Source: Candidatus Mnemosynella biddleae (GTDB lineage Archaea > Halobacteriota > Archaeoglobi > Mnemosynellales > Mnemosynellaceae). Taken from it: DNA of 64,000 bases. The notes below the pieces were generated by a model. It was not told where the DNA came from. It was given only the letters and a program-made list of their open reading frames with translations, and searched no databases. The stretch covers positions 159,970-223,969 of the forward strand of contig MTMI02000007.1 in the NCBI GenBank assembly GCA_002011165.2, in the 5' to 3' direction. Positions 19,934 to 30,799 of the stretch are shown here, piece after piece (within the stretch, counting starts at the first letter, position 1; every line of letters begins with the position of its first letter). Made by a program: the position numbers and the translations under genes.

Positions 19934-20650
19934 GTGAGTGAAATAGAGATTGAAGTCGTGCTTGTGGAACCAAAATACGATGGAAATATCGGTGCAGTTG
20001 CCAGAGTTATGAAGAATTTTGGCTTCAAGTCACTCACTCTTGTAAGTCCATGTGAAATAGGAGATTTTGGAAGAGCAATGGCATCTCATGCAAGGGACAT
20101 CCTTGAAAATGCGAGGATAATCTCCTCTATTGATGAGATCGAGGCAGACATTTTGGTGGGAACAACAAGTATAAGTGGAAGAGATGATGCAGACCATCTC
20201 AGATATCCGTGTCTCACTCCAGAAGAGCTTATCAGGGGGCTTAAAGGAGTAAAAGGGAGAGTTGCAATTCTTTTCGGTAGAGAGGATTTCGGATTGTTCA
20301 ATGAAGAGCTTCGAAAGTGTCATATACTCGTTAAAATTCTGACAAATCCAGAGTATCCAACACTGAATCTTTCCCATGCAGTTGCGATAGTTCTCTATGA
20401 GATGAGCAAGATGAGGGGGAGAGGTGAACGAAAAGTTACCAGAAAAGAGAACATTGAGAGATTGATGAGACATCTTGATGAACTCTTTGAAGAACTCTCA
20501 TATCCGAAATACAAAAAAGATAAAACGTTGATGATAGTTTATAGGATTATAGGAAGAGCATCTCTCACAACGAGGGAATACATGACCCTTATGGGTATTA
20601 TAAGAAGGATAAGGAGGAGATTGAAATCACTCAAAGAGGAAGGTTCATGA
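19934..20650 (+). CDS. trmJ: SPOUT tRNA methyltransferase TrmJ family
   Basis: GNIGAVARVMKNFG, FGREDFGL, YPTLNLSHAV. Confidence 0.88.
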   Translation: MSEIEIEVVLVEPKYDGNIGAVARVMKNFGFKSLTLVSPCEIGDFGRAMASHARDILENARIISSIDEIEADILVGTTSISGRDDADHLRYPCLTPEELIRGLKGVKGRVAILFGREDFGLFNEELRKCHILVKILTNPEYPTLNLSHAVAIVLYEMSKMRGRGERKVTRKENIERLMRHLDELFEELSYPKYKKDKTLMIVYRIIGRASLTTREYMTLMGIIRRIRRRLKSLKEEGS

Positions 20651-21684
20651 ATTTTTGCAGAGAACATCAATGGGAGTTGACTTTGGTTCTCATTTTCCTT
20701 TTCTTTACCGCAATCCTATGCTACTTTTTCCTTCCACTCCTCACGAGCATCGTCTTGGGATTCGTTTTTGCATATGTGGCGAGACCGATAAAAAGATGGT
20801 TTGAAATTGAATTTCAAAAACAGATAGCTTCAATGATAGCAACTGCACTTGTGATAACTCCCATAGCCCTCATTTTTATCTTTGGACTTCTCGAAGCAAT
20901 AAATCAATTTATCTGGATTTTGGGAAATGTGGATACTTTTCAGGAGGCCATAATAGATCTCACTGTAACTTTGGGATTACCGGAGTTTATGAGAGAATAC
21001 ATAATTATGAACTTTCCGAAGCTTTTTGAGCAATTAAGGACACTGCTTCCAAGTTTAGCTGGAGCAAAGCAAACAAAAGACATTGCTCTTCTAGTTCTAA
21101 ATTTCTTCATCTCGATCTTTGTCTGCTATTATCTTCTCGTGGATGGAATAAAGATCTATAATTTCATTTTGACATTGGTTCCTGAAGACAGAAGAGAAGA
21201 AGTAAGGAGGTTTCTTCTGAGAACCGATGACATGCTCTCAGGTCTTTTCATAGGAAACTTCTTCATGTCCATTATCATCAGTTTGATGTCTGTCCCCTTC
21301 TTCCTCTTCTTCAAAATCCCTCTGATCGCTCTTCTAGCTTCTCTCATGTTCCTCGCAGCTCTTATCCCGATACTTGCAGAGTGGATGGTTCTTGTACCTG
21401 TTGCCCTCTATGTTCTCATTTCAAGAAGCACTGGAGAGGCATTTATCTTCTTCATTTCAGGTGCTATATTCCTCTACATCATTCCAGAGATGATTCTCAG
21501 ACCTTATTTCGTCGGCTATACATCTGGAGTCAATCCCGCACTGCTTCTACTGGCCTTCCTTGGTGGAGGTATAATAGGAGGGGTAGCTGGATTTTTCCTT
21601 GCACCAACATTTTTAGTAATAGCAACAGCATTTTATAGAGAGTTCATATATGAAGCATGTGAAGCGTCTGAGAGTAGCGGTTGA
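20647..21684 (+). CDS. AI-2E family transporter
   Basis: FAYVARP, YYLLVDG, ILRP, G..GFFLAP; multi-TM. Confidence 0.88.
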   Translation: MNFCREHQWELTLVLIFLFFTAILCYFFLPLLTSIVLGFVFAYVARPIKRWFEIEFQKQIASMIATALVITPIALIFIFGLLEAINQFIWILGNVDTFQEAIIDLTVTLGLPEFMREYIIMNFPKLFEQLRTLLPSLAGAKQTKDIALLVLNFFISIFVCYYLLVDGIKIYNFILTLVPEDRREEVRRFLLRTDDMLSGLFIGNFFMSIIISLMSVPFFLFFKIPLIALLASLMFLAALIPILAEWMVLVPVALYVLISRSTGEAFIFFISGAIFLYIIPEMILRPYFVGYTSGVNPALLLLAFLGGGIIGGVAGFFLAPTFLVIATAFYREFIYEACEASESSG

Positions 21685-22876
21685 GAATTACGGGTGTACA
21701 GCTAATTTAGCTCAGGGAAGCAGAATAGAGGGCTTGCTCAGAGAGAGCGGATTAGAGATATGTTCTCCAGAAGAAGCAGATGTTGTGATTGTGAATACAT
21801 GCGGAGTGATAGAGTATACCGAGAGGAAGATTCTCAAAAGAATAGAAAAGCTGAAAAAGAGCAAAAAAGTCGTCGTAACTGGATGTCTTCCAGCTTTAAG
21901 AGACATTTCTGGTGAAAACATAATAGCTTCGATATCTGGAGGAGATTTGGATAAGATCTCTAAAATTTTCTCAGTAGAAGCGAAAAAAGTTTTTCCTCAA
22001 CCTTACGGTGTTATGGCAGCAGTAGATATAGCGAGCGGTTGTTTAAACTCATGCTCTTACTGTGCGGTGAGGCTTGCAAAAGGAAAATTGAGAAGTAGAA
22101 GAGTCGAGGAAATCGAAGAAGAAGTTAGATATCTAGTCTCAAGAGGAGTTAAGGAAATTGAGATAACTTCACAGGACAACTCATCTTATGGTTTGGACAT
22201 TGGAGCATCTCTTCCAGAGCTTCTAGAAAGAATCTGCTCTATTGAGGGAGATTTTAGAATTCGAGTTGGCATGATGAATCCAAAAACCCTTCTCCCAATT
22301 CTAGATGAGGTGTTGAAGTCAATGAGAGATGAGAAGATCTTCAAGTTCTTCCACGTTCCAGTGCAATCCGGGTCGAACAGAATTCTGGAGATGATGAGAA
22401 GAGGATATACGGTTGATGAGTTTCTTGAAATACACGAAGCCATCAAGAGAAACTTCTCCGATTTCACGTTCTCAACAGATGTAATTGTTGGATTTCCCGG
22501 GGAGATAGAGGAAGATTTTGAGATGACGAAGAAGTTGATAGAGAGGATCAGACCGGATAAACTGAATATCACGAGATATTCTCCAAGGAAGGGGACGGAG
22601 GCTTATAAGCTTGGAGACATGCACGGAAGAATAAAGAAGGCTCGATCTAGAGAGCTTTACAGAATTCACAATGAGATATCATTGTCTTTGAACAAAAGAA
22701 AGCTCAATGAGATAGCTGACGTCCTCGTTACCGAGAAAGGGAAAAATGGGAGCGTTATTGCGAGAGATGATGCATACAGAAATGTGGTCATAAGAAAAGA
22801 AATCTCTTTGGGAACTCGTCTCAGAGTGAAATTCGTTGAGGCAACTCCAACTTATTTAGTCGGGGAAACTCTATGA
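21650..22876 (+). CDS. mtaB: tRNA methylthiotransferase (MtaB/e-MtaB radical SAM)
   Basis: YGCTAN, NTC, GC (UPF0004); CLNSCSYC; HVPVQSGS; C-terminal TRAM. Confidence 0.88.
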   Translation: MKHVKRLRVAVENYGCTANLAQGSRIEGLLRESGLEICSPEEADVVIVNTCGVIEYTERKILKRIEKLKKSKKVVVTGCLPALRDISGENIIASISGGDLDKISKIFSVEAKKVFPQPYGVMAAVDIASGCLNSCSYCAVRLAKGKLRSRRVEEIEEEVRYLVSRGVKEIEITSQDNSSYGLDIGASLPELLERICSIEGDFRIRVGMMNPKTLLPILDEVLKSMRDEKIFKFFHVPVQSGSNRILEMMRRGYTVDEFLEIHEAIKRNFSDFTFSTDVIVGFPGEIEEDFEMTKKLIERIRPDKLNITRYSPRKGTEAYKLGDMHGRIKKARSRELYRIHNEISLSLNKRKLNEIADVLVTEKGKNGSVIARDDAYRNVVIRKEISLGTRLRVKFVEATPTYLVGETL

Positions 22877-22915
22877 AAGAAAGATTAATTAAGAGTTTTT
22901 GATAATTGAGCTTTT

Positions 22916-24766
22916 ATGCGTTTGCTACTGATTCATGCACATTACATGAAATATGGCGTAAGAGAGAAGACGAAAGTAGCCGAAGAAATTAGGGATGATG
23001 AGAGAGAAGGAGAAGCAGAAAACGTTCTAGTTGTTTTCACTGCAGTAGAGAAAGACGATGAGAAAAATCCAGAAGAAATCGTCAAATCCGCAAGCGAAGA
23101 GATAAAAAAGATTCGAGATGACGTTGGAGCTTCAAGAGTCCTCATATATCCATATGCCCATCTTAGCGATAATCTGGCATCACCCTCATTTGCAGTTAAA
23201 ATTCTAGAAGATCTGAAGAAGTCTATAGATGGAGAAGTAATGAGAGCGCCTTTTGGGTGGTACAAGTATTTTGAGATAAGGTGCAAGGGACATCCTCTTT
23301 CTGAGCTCTCAAGAACAATCAAAGGAGAGGAAGTTCCAGAGGCTTTGAGAAAAGAGGAGAAGATTGAATCACATTGGTATGTCCTTTTCGATGAAAATCT
23401 CATTGAGATTGATAATTTCGACTTTTCTTCTTATCCCAAGCTGAAGGAGTTTGCAGAGTATGAAATTTCGAAAAGTAGAGCCGTGGATAAAGTTCCGCCT
23501 CACGTGAAGCTGATGAGAAGGCTTGAGATTGCAGATTACGAGAGTGCCTCGGATCCCGGAAATCTGAGATATTACCCCAAAGGAAGACTCATAAAATCTC
23601 TTATCGAGGAATACGTGACGAGAAAAGTCATAGAATACGGTGCGATGGAAGTTGAAACCCCAATAATGTATGATATGGAGCATCCATCTTTAAAAAGATA
23701 TCTCGATAGATTTCCTGCAAGGCAGTATGTAATAGAATCCGATAAAAGGAGATTCTTCTTGAGATTTGCAGCTTGTTTCGGTCAGTTTCTCATGACTCAT
23801 GATTTTACGATATCATATAGAGCTCTTCCCTTAAGGCTTTTTGAGCTCACGAGATATTCTTTCAGAAGAGAGCAGAGAGGAGAGCTCGTCGGTCTCAGAA
23901 GATTGAGAACCTTTACAATGCCAGATATGCATACAGTATGCAGAAATATGGAAGAAGCCATTAAAGAGTTTGAGGACCAATTCAAGTTCTCCATTTCAGT
24001 TCTTAAAGACATTGGACTCACACCGATAGACTATGAGGTGGCTATAAGATTTGACAGAGAATTTTATGAGAAAAATAAAGACTTCATTCACAGACTTCAG
24101 AAAATCATCGGAAAGCCAGTTCTTGTTGAGATGTGGGACGAGAGATTCTTCTATTTCACCCTGAAATTCGAATTCAATTTTGTAGATGCTCTTTCGAAGG
24201 CTTCTGCTCTCTCGACGGTTCAGATAGATGTTGAGAATGCGGAGAGATATGAAATAACCTATGTGGATGAGGAAGGGAAGAGGAAGTATCCAATCATACT
24301 TCACTGTTCACCGAGTGGAGCGATAGAAAGGTGTATTTATGCACTTCTCGAAAAGGCTTCAATGGAGAGCGAAAAGGGAAACCTCCCCATGTTTCCGGTT
24401 TGGCTCTCTCCAACTCAGTTGAGATTGATTCCAGTAAGCTTAGAGTTCAATGAGTATGCTGAGAGAATAGCGGAGAAATTTGAGGGTGTGAGAGTTGATA
24501 TAGATGACAGAGACGTTACAGTAGGGAAGAAAATCAGGGAAGCGAGTATGGAGTGGATTCCTTACGTTGCCGTGATAGGAGAGAAAGAAGTGAGAAGTGG
24601 AAAGCTATCAGTGACGATAAGGAGTAAATCCTCTATCAAAAGTCCAAAAATAGTCGAAATGACTCCAGAAGAGCTTGAAAAGAAGATAAAAGAAGAGTGT
24701 AGAGGATTTCCGTTTAAGCCTCTTCCACTCCCGAAGAAACTCTCAAGCAGACCAAAGTTCGTCTAA
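22916..24766 (+). CDS. thrS: threonine--tRNA ligase, archaeal type
   Basis: [23 protein letters not shown] editing domain; [19 protein letters not shown]. Confidence 0.97.
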   Translation: MRLLLIHAHYMKYGVREKTKVAEEIRDDEREGEAENVLVVFTAVEKDDEKNPEEIVKSASEEIKKIRDDVGASRVLIYPYAHLSDNLASPSFAVKILEDLKKSIDGEVMRAPFGWYKYFEIRCKGHPLSELSRTIKGEEVPEALRKEEKIESHWYVLFDENLIEIDNFDFSSYPKLKEFAEYEISKSRAVDKVPPHVKLMRRLEIADYESASDPGNLRYYPKGRLIKSLIEEYVTRKVIEYGAMEVETPIMYDMEHPSLKRYLDRFPARQYVIESDKRRFFLRFAACFGQFLMTHDFTISYRALPLRLFELTRYSFRREQRGELVGLRRLRTFTMPDMHTVCRNMEEAIKEFEDQFKFSISVLKDIGLTPIDYEVAIRFDREFYEKNKDFIHRLQKIIGKPVLVEMWDERFFYFTLKFEFNFVDALSKASALSTVQIDVENAERYEITYVDEEGKRKYPIILHCSPSGAIERCIYALLEKASMESEKGNLPMFPVWLSPTQLRLIPVSLEFNEYAERIAEKFEGVRVDIDDRDVTVGKKIREASMEWIPYVAVIGEKEVRSGKLSVTIRSKSSIKSPKIVEMTPEELEKKIKEECRGFPFKPLPLPKKLSSRPKFV

Positions 24767-27402
24767 AGTTTCTTCAAGACCTCCTGAGCTGCGGAGAGTC
24801 TCGCAACTGGAATTCTGTAGGGGGAACTCGAGACGTAATCCATTCCTACTCTGTGGCAGAACTCTATGGATCTTGGATCTCCTCCGTGCTCTCCACATAT
24901 TCCCACTTTCAGCTCTGGATTTGCACTTTTTCCTTTTTCAACCGCTATTCTCATGAGCTCACCAACCCCTTCTTGATCAAGTGTTGAGAAAGGATCCTCG
25001 GGCAGTATTTTCTTCTCCATATAAACATCTATGAATTTTCCATAGTCATCTCTGCTGAAACCAAAGCTCATCTGGGTTAAATCATTTGTTCCGAAAGAGA
25101 AGAATTCCGCCTCTTTTGCAATTTTATCTGCGGTAACTGCAGCTCTTGGCACTTCAATCATGACTCCAATTGAATACTCTATTTCTACTCCATGCTTCTT
25201 CATGACTTCTTCCGCAACTCTCTTTATGACCTCTTTCTGGTCTCGCAACTCATTCACGTGAGAGACCAGAGGAACCATGATTTCGGGAGTGACAGTCTTT
25301 CCTTCCTTCTTCAGCATGCAAGCAGCTTCTATTATAGCTCTTGCCTGCATTTCTGTGATCTCTGGATAGACGATTCCCAGTCTACAGCCTCTGTGTCCAA
25401 GCATAGGGTTGAACTCGTATAGCTCTTCCACTCTTCTCAAAAGCTCTTCTTTCTCTCTAATCTTCTCTTCATCTTCTCCTTTTGCTCTCATCCGTTCTAT
25501 TTCAACTCTCAATTCTTCCCTTTTCGGCAGGAACTCATGCAAAGGCATGTCGAGAGTTCTTATCGTCACTGGGAATCCTTCCATTACTTTGAATATCTCA
25601 TAGAAATCGTTTCTCTGATGCTCAAAAATCTCGTTAAGAGCCTCTCTCCTCTCCTCTGGAGTCCTTGCCATAATCATCCTCTGAACGCTTGGGAGTCTGG
25701 ATGGGTGGAAGAACATGTGTTCGGTTCTGCAGAGTCCTATTCCCTCTGCTCCAAATTCTCTGGCTTTTCTTGCATCTTCTGGGGTATCTGCATTCGCTCT
25801 TATTCCAAGTCTTCTGATCTCGTCTGCCCAGCTTAGAAGAACTTCGAGTTCTCCTCTGATCTGAGGCTCAATTGTGGGGACTTTACCAACGATTACATCT
25901 CCTGTATATCCATCTATAGTTATCCACTCACCTTCTTTTATCACCTGATCTTTTACTCGGACCTCCTTCCTCTCTTCATCTATATCGAGCTCTTCACATC
26001 CAACTACACAAGGACGACCCATTCCTCTTGCTACCACTGCCGCATGGGAGGTCATTCCACCTCTTGAGGTTAAGATCCCTACTGCAGCATGCATTCCATG
26101 AATATCATCAGGAGAAGTCTCAGATCTGACGAGAATCACAGGAGATTCTTTTGCCATCTCAACTGCATCATCTGCGGAGAATACGACTTTTCCGCTTACT
26201 GCACCAGGAGATGCGGGGAGGCCCCGGGCAATTGGGTTAACTTCTACAGAAGGATCTATGATCGGTTGTAGCAGTTTTTCAATCTGCGACGGATCTATTC
26301 GAAGAATTGCCTCCTCTTTACTTATAATTCCTTCTTTTACCATCTCCACAGCAATTCTCACTGCAGCAAGAGGAGTCCTCTTTGCGTCTCTCGTCTGGAG
26401 GAGGTACAACTTACCCTTTTCCACTGTAAACTCGAAGTCCTGCACCTCTCTATAATGCTTCTCCAGAAGTTTTGCAGTCCTCTTCAATTCTTCGTAGATC
26501 TTCGGATTCTCCTCTTTCAGCTTACTCAATGGCATCGGCGTCCTTATACCTGCAACAACATCCTCTCCTTGAGCATTGGTAAGATATTCTCCATAAAGTT
26601 CGTTCTCTCCAGTTGCTGGATTTCGTGTGAAGCCCACACCAGTTCCTGAGTCACTTCCAAGATTTCCAAAGACCATGGTCTGAATATTTGCAGCAGTTCC
26701 GAGGTCATCAGGAATCTTGTTCAATCTTCTATACGTTATCGCTCTTGGATTGTTCCATGATTTGAAAACTGCTATTATCGCTCTTTTCAGCTGTTCTCTT
26801 GGATTCTGAGGAAACTCCTCTCCAGTATGCTTTTTGTAAACTTCTTTGTATATCTCCACGAGCTCTTTGAGGTCTTCAGCATTCAGTTCAGAATCAAATT
26901 TGACACCCTTTTTCTTTTTCATCTCTTCAAGATGCCTTTCAAATTCATCTTTTTCAATCCCCATTACAACATTTCCGAACATCTGAATGAGCCTTCTGTA
27001 TGCATCATAAGCGAATCTCTCGTCTCCTGTAGCTTCTGCCAGTCCCTTAACTATCTCCTCGTTCAATCCTATGTTCAGAATAGTATCCATCATACCTGGC
27101 ATTGAGAACTTAGCCCCAGAGCGGACTGAAACGAGAAGAGGGTTCTTTTTGTCTCCAAATTTCTTCCCTGTTGCATCTTCCAGCTTCTTCAAATATTTCT
27201 CAAGTTCTTCTTCAAATCCTTCTGGAAGCCTTCCTTCCTTCACATAGTATTTGCAGACTTCGGTAGTAATGGTAAATCCAGGTGGTACAGGGAGTCCGAG
27301 ATTCGCCATTTCAGCTAAGTTAGCTCCCTTTCCTCCAAGAAGGCCTCTCATCTGTGCATTTCCTTCGGTCTCCTCTCCTCCGAAAAAATAGATCATTTTC
27401 AT
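24763..27402 (-). CDS. ppdK: pyruvate, phosphate dikinase
   Basis: [52 protein letters not shown]. Confidence 0.97.
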   Translation of the reverse strand: MKMIYFFGGEETEGNAQMRGLLGGKGANLAEMANLGLPVPPGFTITTEVCKYYVKEGRLPEGFEEELEKYLKKLEDATGKKFGDKKNPLLVSVRSGAKFSMPGMMDTILNIGLNEEIVKGLAEATGDERFAYDAYRRLIQMFGNVVMGIEKDEFERHLEEMKKKKGVKFDSELNAEDLKELVEIYKEVYKKHTGEEFPQNPREQLKRAIIAVFKSWNNPRAITYRRLNKIPDDLGTAANIQTMVFGNLGSDSGTGVGFTRNPATGENELYGEYLTNAQGEDVVAGIRTPMPLSKLKEENPKIYEELKRTAKLLEKHYREVQDFEFTVEKGKLYLLQTRDAKRTPLAAVRIAVEMVKEGIISKEEAILRIDPSQIEKLLQPIIDPSVEVNPIARGLPASPGAVSGKVVFSADDAVEMAKESPVILVRSETSPDDIHGMHAAVGILTSRGGMTSHAAVVARGMGRPCVVGCEELDIDEERKEVRVKDQVIKEGEWITIDGYTGDVIVGKVPTIEPQIRGELEVLLSWADEIRRLGIRANADTPEDARKAREFGAEGIGLCRTEHMFFHPSRLPSVQRMIMARTPEERREALNEIFEHQRNDFYEIFKVMEGFPVTIRTLDMPLHEFLPKREELRVEIERMRAKGEDEEKIREKEELLRRVEELYEFNPMLGHRGCRLGIVYPEITEMQARAIIEAACMLKKEGKTVTPEIMVPLVSHVNELRDQKEVIKRVAEEVMKKHGVEIEYSIGVMIEVPRAAVTADKIAKEAEFFSFGTNDLTQMSFGFSRDDYGKFIDVYMEKKILPEDPFSTLDQEGVGELMRIAVEKGKSANPELKVGICGEHGGDPRSIEFCHRVGMDYVSSSPYRIPVARLSAAQEVLKKL

Positions 27403-27427
27403 GATTTTTAATTTTGAACAACTCTTA

Positions 27428-27443
27428 TCTTAAATAACTTTCC
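27428..27443 (-). promoter_or_regulatory. BRE/TATA promoter of ppdK
   Basis: Minus strand GGAAAG-TTATTTAAGA about 26 nt upstream of ATG. Confidence 0.5.
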
Positions 27444-27469
27444 AAATTTTAATCCGATATAGAAATTCA

Positions 27470-28852
27470 TTAAACTCTCCCAAAATCGTCTTCAAGTCTC
27501 TCTATGTCATCCTCTCCGAGGTAATCTCCCAGCTGAATCTCTATTATTTCGAGAGGCACATCTTCTGGATTTTCAAGTCTGTGAACTTCTCCAAGCGGGA
27601 TAAAAATGTGCTCTCCACTCTTCAGAATCTTTTCAAATTCTCCAACTCTTACTTTTGCATTTCCTCGGATGACAATCCAATGTTCACTTCGATGATGATG
27701 TTTCTGAAGACTCAATCTCCTTCTCGGTTTGACGAAAATCTTCTTCGCTTTCCATCTTTCGCTTTCACCGATAACTGTGAAAGATCCCCAAGGTCTATGA
27801 ACGGTGGGAGAAACTCTTGCTCTCTCGTCACCCCTCTCTTCAAGAATTCTTACGAGCTCTTTAACCCTCTCGGAAGACCCTCTCCGGCAGATAAGAGAGG
27901 CATCTGAGGTTTCAACGAAGATTATATCGCTCACATCAATAAGTGCAACGAGCCTATCCGAAGTGGAGTAAATGAGGTTATCTCTTGATTCAATACAAAC
28001 ACTCTCTCCAATAGCCACATTTCCATTCTCGTCCTTTTCGAAGGTCTCATAAATCGAGTCAAAATTACCAAGATCGCTCCAGAGTACATTAAGGCGAAGA
28101 ACTGCTGCTTTAGAAGTCTTCTCCATTATTCCGCAGTCAAATGATATTTCGGGAAGTCTTGGATAGGCTTTTTCACCATTGTTTTCCAACATCTTAGCTA
28201 TTTCATACTGGTGACACTTGCACTCTTCCTCAAGAGTCTTCAGGCTAAACACAAACATTCCGCTATTCCAGAAATATCCTTCTTCCACATATCTCCTCGC
28301 AGTCTTTTCATCGGGTTTTTCAACGAATTTTTCAACAAAGAAGGCGTTTTCAAATCCTTCTATTCTTCTTCCCGGTTTTATGTAACCGTATCCAGTGTGA
28401 GGTCTTCTCGGGACGATTCCAAAGGTTACTATGTATTTTTTACCGACTTTGAGTGCCTCCCGAAAAACTTTATGATATTCTTCGTTCACTTCTATAAAGT
28501 GATCTGAGGGGAAAACGATAATCAGAGCATCCTCTTCCTCCCTCTTTTTTATTTCAAGAATTGAGTAATAAATCGCTGGGAGAGTGCCCCTCATCTCGGG
28601 TTCAAAGAGCACATTTTCTCGAGGGATCTCTACCTCCATTCTCTCAAGTTCTCTCTCAACTAAAATCTCATGAGTTTTATTTGTGACGATTAAAGTATTT
28701 TGGGGAGACGAGAAGAGTAGAGCTCTCTCTGCAGTTCTTCGGAAAAGAGATTTATCAAAAAGATTGTAAAACTGTTTAGGGTATTCTTCTCTGCTGAGAG
28801 GCCATAGTCTTGTTCCCTTTCCACCAGCCAAGATAATTGAATAAACTTCCAT
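27470..28852 (-). CDS. manC: mannose-1-phosphate guanylyltransferase / mannose-6-phosphate isomerase
   Basis: ILAGGKGTRLWPLSR..PKQF, PSDH, FVEKP, WNSG, WSDLG; C-terminal cupin RPWG, SLQKHHHRSEHW; start placed at ATG 28852. Confidence 0.93.
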   Translation of the reverse strand: MEVYSIILAGGKGTRLWPLSREEYPKQFYNLFDKSLFRRTAERALLFSSPQNTLIVTNKTHEILVERELERMEVEIPRENVLFEPEMRGTLPAIYYSILEIKKREEEDALIIVFPSDHFIEVNEEYHKVFREALKVGKKYIVTFGIVPRRPHTGYGYIKPGRRIEGFENAFFVEKFVEKPDEKTARRYVEEGYFWNSGMFVFSLKTLEEECKCHQYEIAKMLENNGEKAYPRLPEISFDCGIMEKTSKAAVLRLNVLWSDLGNFDSIYETFEKDENGNVAIGESVCIESRDNLIYSTSDRLVALIDVSDIIFVETSDASLICRRGSSERVKELVRILEERGDERARVSPTVHRPWGSFTVIGESERWKAKKIFVKPRRRLSLQKHHHRSEHWIVIRGNAKVRVGEFEKILKSGEHIFIPLGEVHRLENPEDVPLEIIEIQLGDYLGEDDIERLEDDFGRV

Positions 28853-28878
28853 CAAAGAAAATTTTAAACCAAGATCTA

Positions 28879-29622
28879 TTAAGACTTTTCCTCGTTCAGC
28901 AACTTGCAAATTTCTTCCATTATTTTTCTCATCGCTTCCACGGCACTCATTCTTATTTTGAAATCTGCAATGTGACTAATGGCAGTCTCTTTTGGATTTA
29001 TCTCTATAATCAAACCCCCCTCTCTTTTCACGATGAGTGGAAGAGATCCCGCGGGTTGAACAATTGCAGAAGTTCCCGCAACTATCATAACATCGCTTTT
29101 AAGAGCTTCTTCTTGGGCCTTTCGGAGGTCCTTCTCTGGAAGAGGTTCTCCAAACCAGACAACTCCAGGACGAAGAAGCCCATCACATTCGCATCTGGGA
29201 AGAGGAGGAATTTTTGGAGGAGAGTTTATCTCAAATTCTTTTCCACACTTCGTGCACATCAGAATTTTCAATCTTCCGTGAAGATGGATGATGTTTTTGT
29301 TTCCAGCTCTCTCGTGAAGATCATCTACATTTTGAGTTATCACTGTTTTGAGAATTCCCATTTTCTCGAGCTCCGCAAAACTTCTGTGGGCTTCATTGGG
29401 TTCTGCGGAGAAGACCTTTTCCATCCTCCACGCATACCATCTCCAAACAAGTTCGGGATCTCTCCAGAAAGCCTCTGGAGTTGCAAGATCTTCGGCTCTG
29501 TATTTTTCCCACAATCCATCCTCATCTCTAAATGTTGGAATGCCACTCTCAGCTGAAAAACCCGCACCGGTAAGAGCGGTTAGATATTTCGATTCCACAA
29601 TCACTTCAGAGATATTCCTCAT
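28879..29622 (-). CDS. cobB: Sir2-family NAD-dependent protein deacylase
   Basis: TGAGFSAESGIPTFR, TQNVDDLH, HG, CTKC/C.C Zn site, RPGVVWFGE. Confidence 0.93.
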   Translation of the reverse strand: MRNISEVIVESKYLTALTGAGFSAESGIPTFRDEDGLWEKYRAEDLATPEAFWRDPELVWRWYAWRMEKVFSAEPNEAHRSFAELEKMGILKTVITQNVDDLHERAGNKNIIHLHGRLKILMCTKCGKEFEINSPPKIPPLPRCECDGLLRPGVVWFGEPLPEKDLRKAQEEALKSDVMIVAGTSAIVQPAGSLPLIVKREGGLIIEINPKETAISHIADFKIRMSAVEAMRKIMEEICKLLNEEKS

Positions 29623-29639
29623 CAAATAAATCTTCAAAG

Positions 29640-29654
29640 GAAAAAGTTTTAAAA
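29640..29654 (+). promoter_or_regulatory. BRE/TATA promoter of GH130 gene
   Basis: GAAAAAG-TTTTAAAA ending 23 nt before ATG 29677. Confidence 0.5.
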
Positions 29655-29676
29655 TGTAACTTTACCATCTCAAGTC

Positions 29677-30720
29677 ATGTCATTGATGAGAGGAAACACA
29701 CTTCTCAGAGAGAATAAAACCGATGATATAGTCAGGCGTCTTGGTGTGATTACAGCTGATAGAGTGCATTTGAGGAGATATCCCATTTCCAATCCCGTCA
29801 CAATCTTCAATCCTGCTATGCTTATTGAGAATAGCATTGCAACGATTTATGCTAGAATAATTCTCGGATATTACTCTTATACCAGTGCGGTTGCTGAGAT
29901 CAAAATACCTTTGGAGGAGCTTTACGATCTAACTCTAGGAAATTACACCGCAGAGATAACCGTTTATCCTGATAACAAGTTTGACATTTATGGAGTTGAG
30001 GATCCAAGAGCCTTTGAAATAAAGGGTATGAAGTTCATGATATATTGTGGAAGAACAGTAGCATATTTCAATCCAGCAATCAGAACCGAGAGAACACTTC
30101 CAGTAACAGCCGTTTTTGATGGAGAAGCTTGGAGGAAGATCTTCGTTTTCAGGATGCCTTCTGGAGTTAGGGAGTCTGTGATTAGTGACAAAGATGCATT
30201 CATAGTGGAGAGCAAGGAAGGTTTCAAACTCTTCCACAGACCACACATGAAGAATGAAAATGAAGGTTTTCATCTCTGTATCAGTGAGATACCGAATGAC
30301 ATTCTTTCTATGGTTCAGCATTCGGAGATGAAGGAGATTGTCGTGAGGAACACAACTTCAGTTCTTGAACCCGAAAAATTTGAAATGAAGCTCGGATGGA
30401 GTACCCCTCCAGTAAGGGTCGGAAAAGAGCTTCTTCTGATACTCCATGCTCTTGATAAAGAAGGCGTATGTTACAGAGCATTTGCACTTCTCATGAATGA
30501 GGAGATGGAGATTACTGCGGTAACTCCTCACTATATCATGGAACCGAAAGAGCGGTATGAAACTTTCGGAGATCGTCCTTATGTTGTGTTCCCATGTGGC
30601 GCTCAGATAGTGGATGATAGACTTTTGATCTCGTATGGAGCAGCCGATTTTGCGGTGGGGATTGGAGAAGTGGATCTTTCTGAACTCATGTCAATTCTTG
30701 ATTCAAACCGTTTGGTCTAA
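29677..30720 (+). CDS. GH130-family glycoside phosphorylase/hydrolase
   Basis: IFNPA, GVEDPR, KD, HRP, G.STPP, VVFPCG, SYGAAD. Confidence 0.85.
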   Translation: MSLMRGNTLLRENKTDDIVRRLGVITADRVHLRRYPISNPVTIFNPAMLIENSIATIYARIILGYYSYTSAVAEIKIPLEELYDLTLGNYTAEITVYPDNKFDIYGVEDPRAFEIKGMKFMIYCGRTVAYFNPAIRTERTLPVTAVFDGEAWRKIFVFRMPSGVRESVISDKDAFIVESKEGFKLFHRPHMKNENEGFHLCISEIPNDILSMVQHSEMKEIVVRNTTSVLEPEKFEMKLGWSTPPVRVGKELLLILHALDKEGVCYRAFALLMNEEMEITAVTPHYIMEPKERYETFGDRPYVVFPCGAQIVDDRLLISYGAADFAVGIGEVDLSELMSILDSNRLV

Positions 30721-30799
30721 TTGCATTTTTGGAAAGTTTTTAATATTTTAGTTCAGATTCCATTTTTAAAGCTCTCATAACACTCCTTTTTCGAAGGGG

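Noticed and set aside
28837..29556. 239-aa plus-strand ORF
   Set aside because: Antisense to the well-supported Sir2 gene; atypical composition and no recognisable domain
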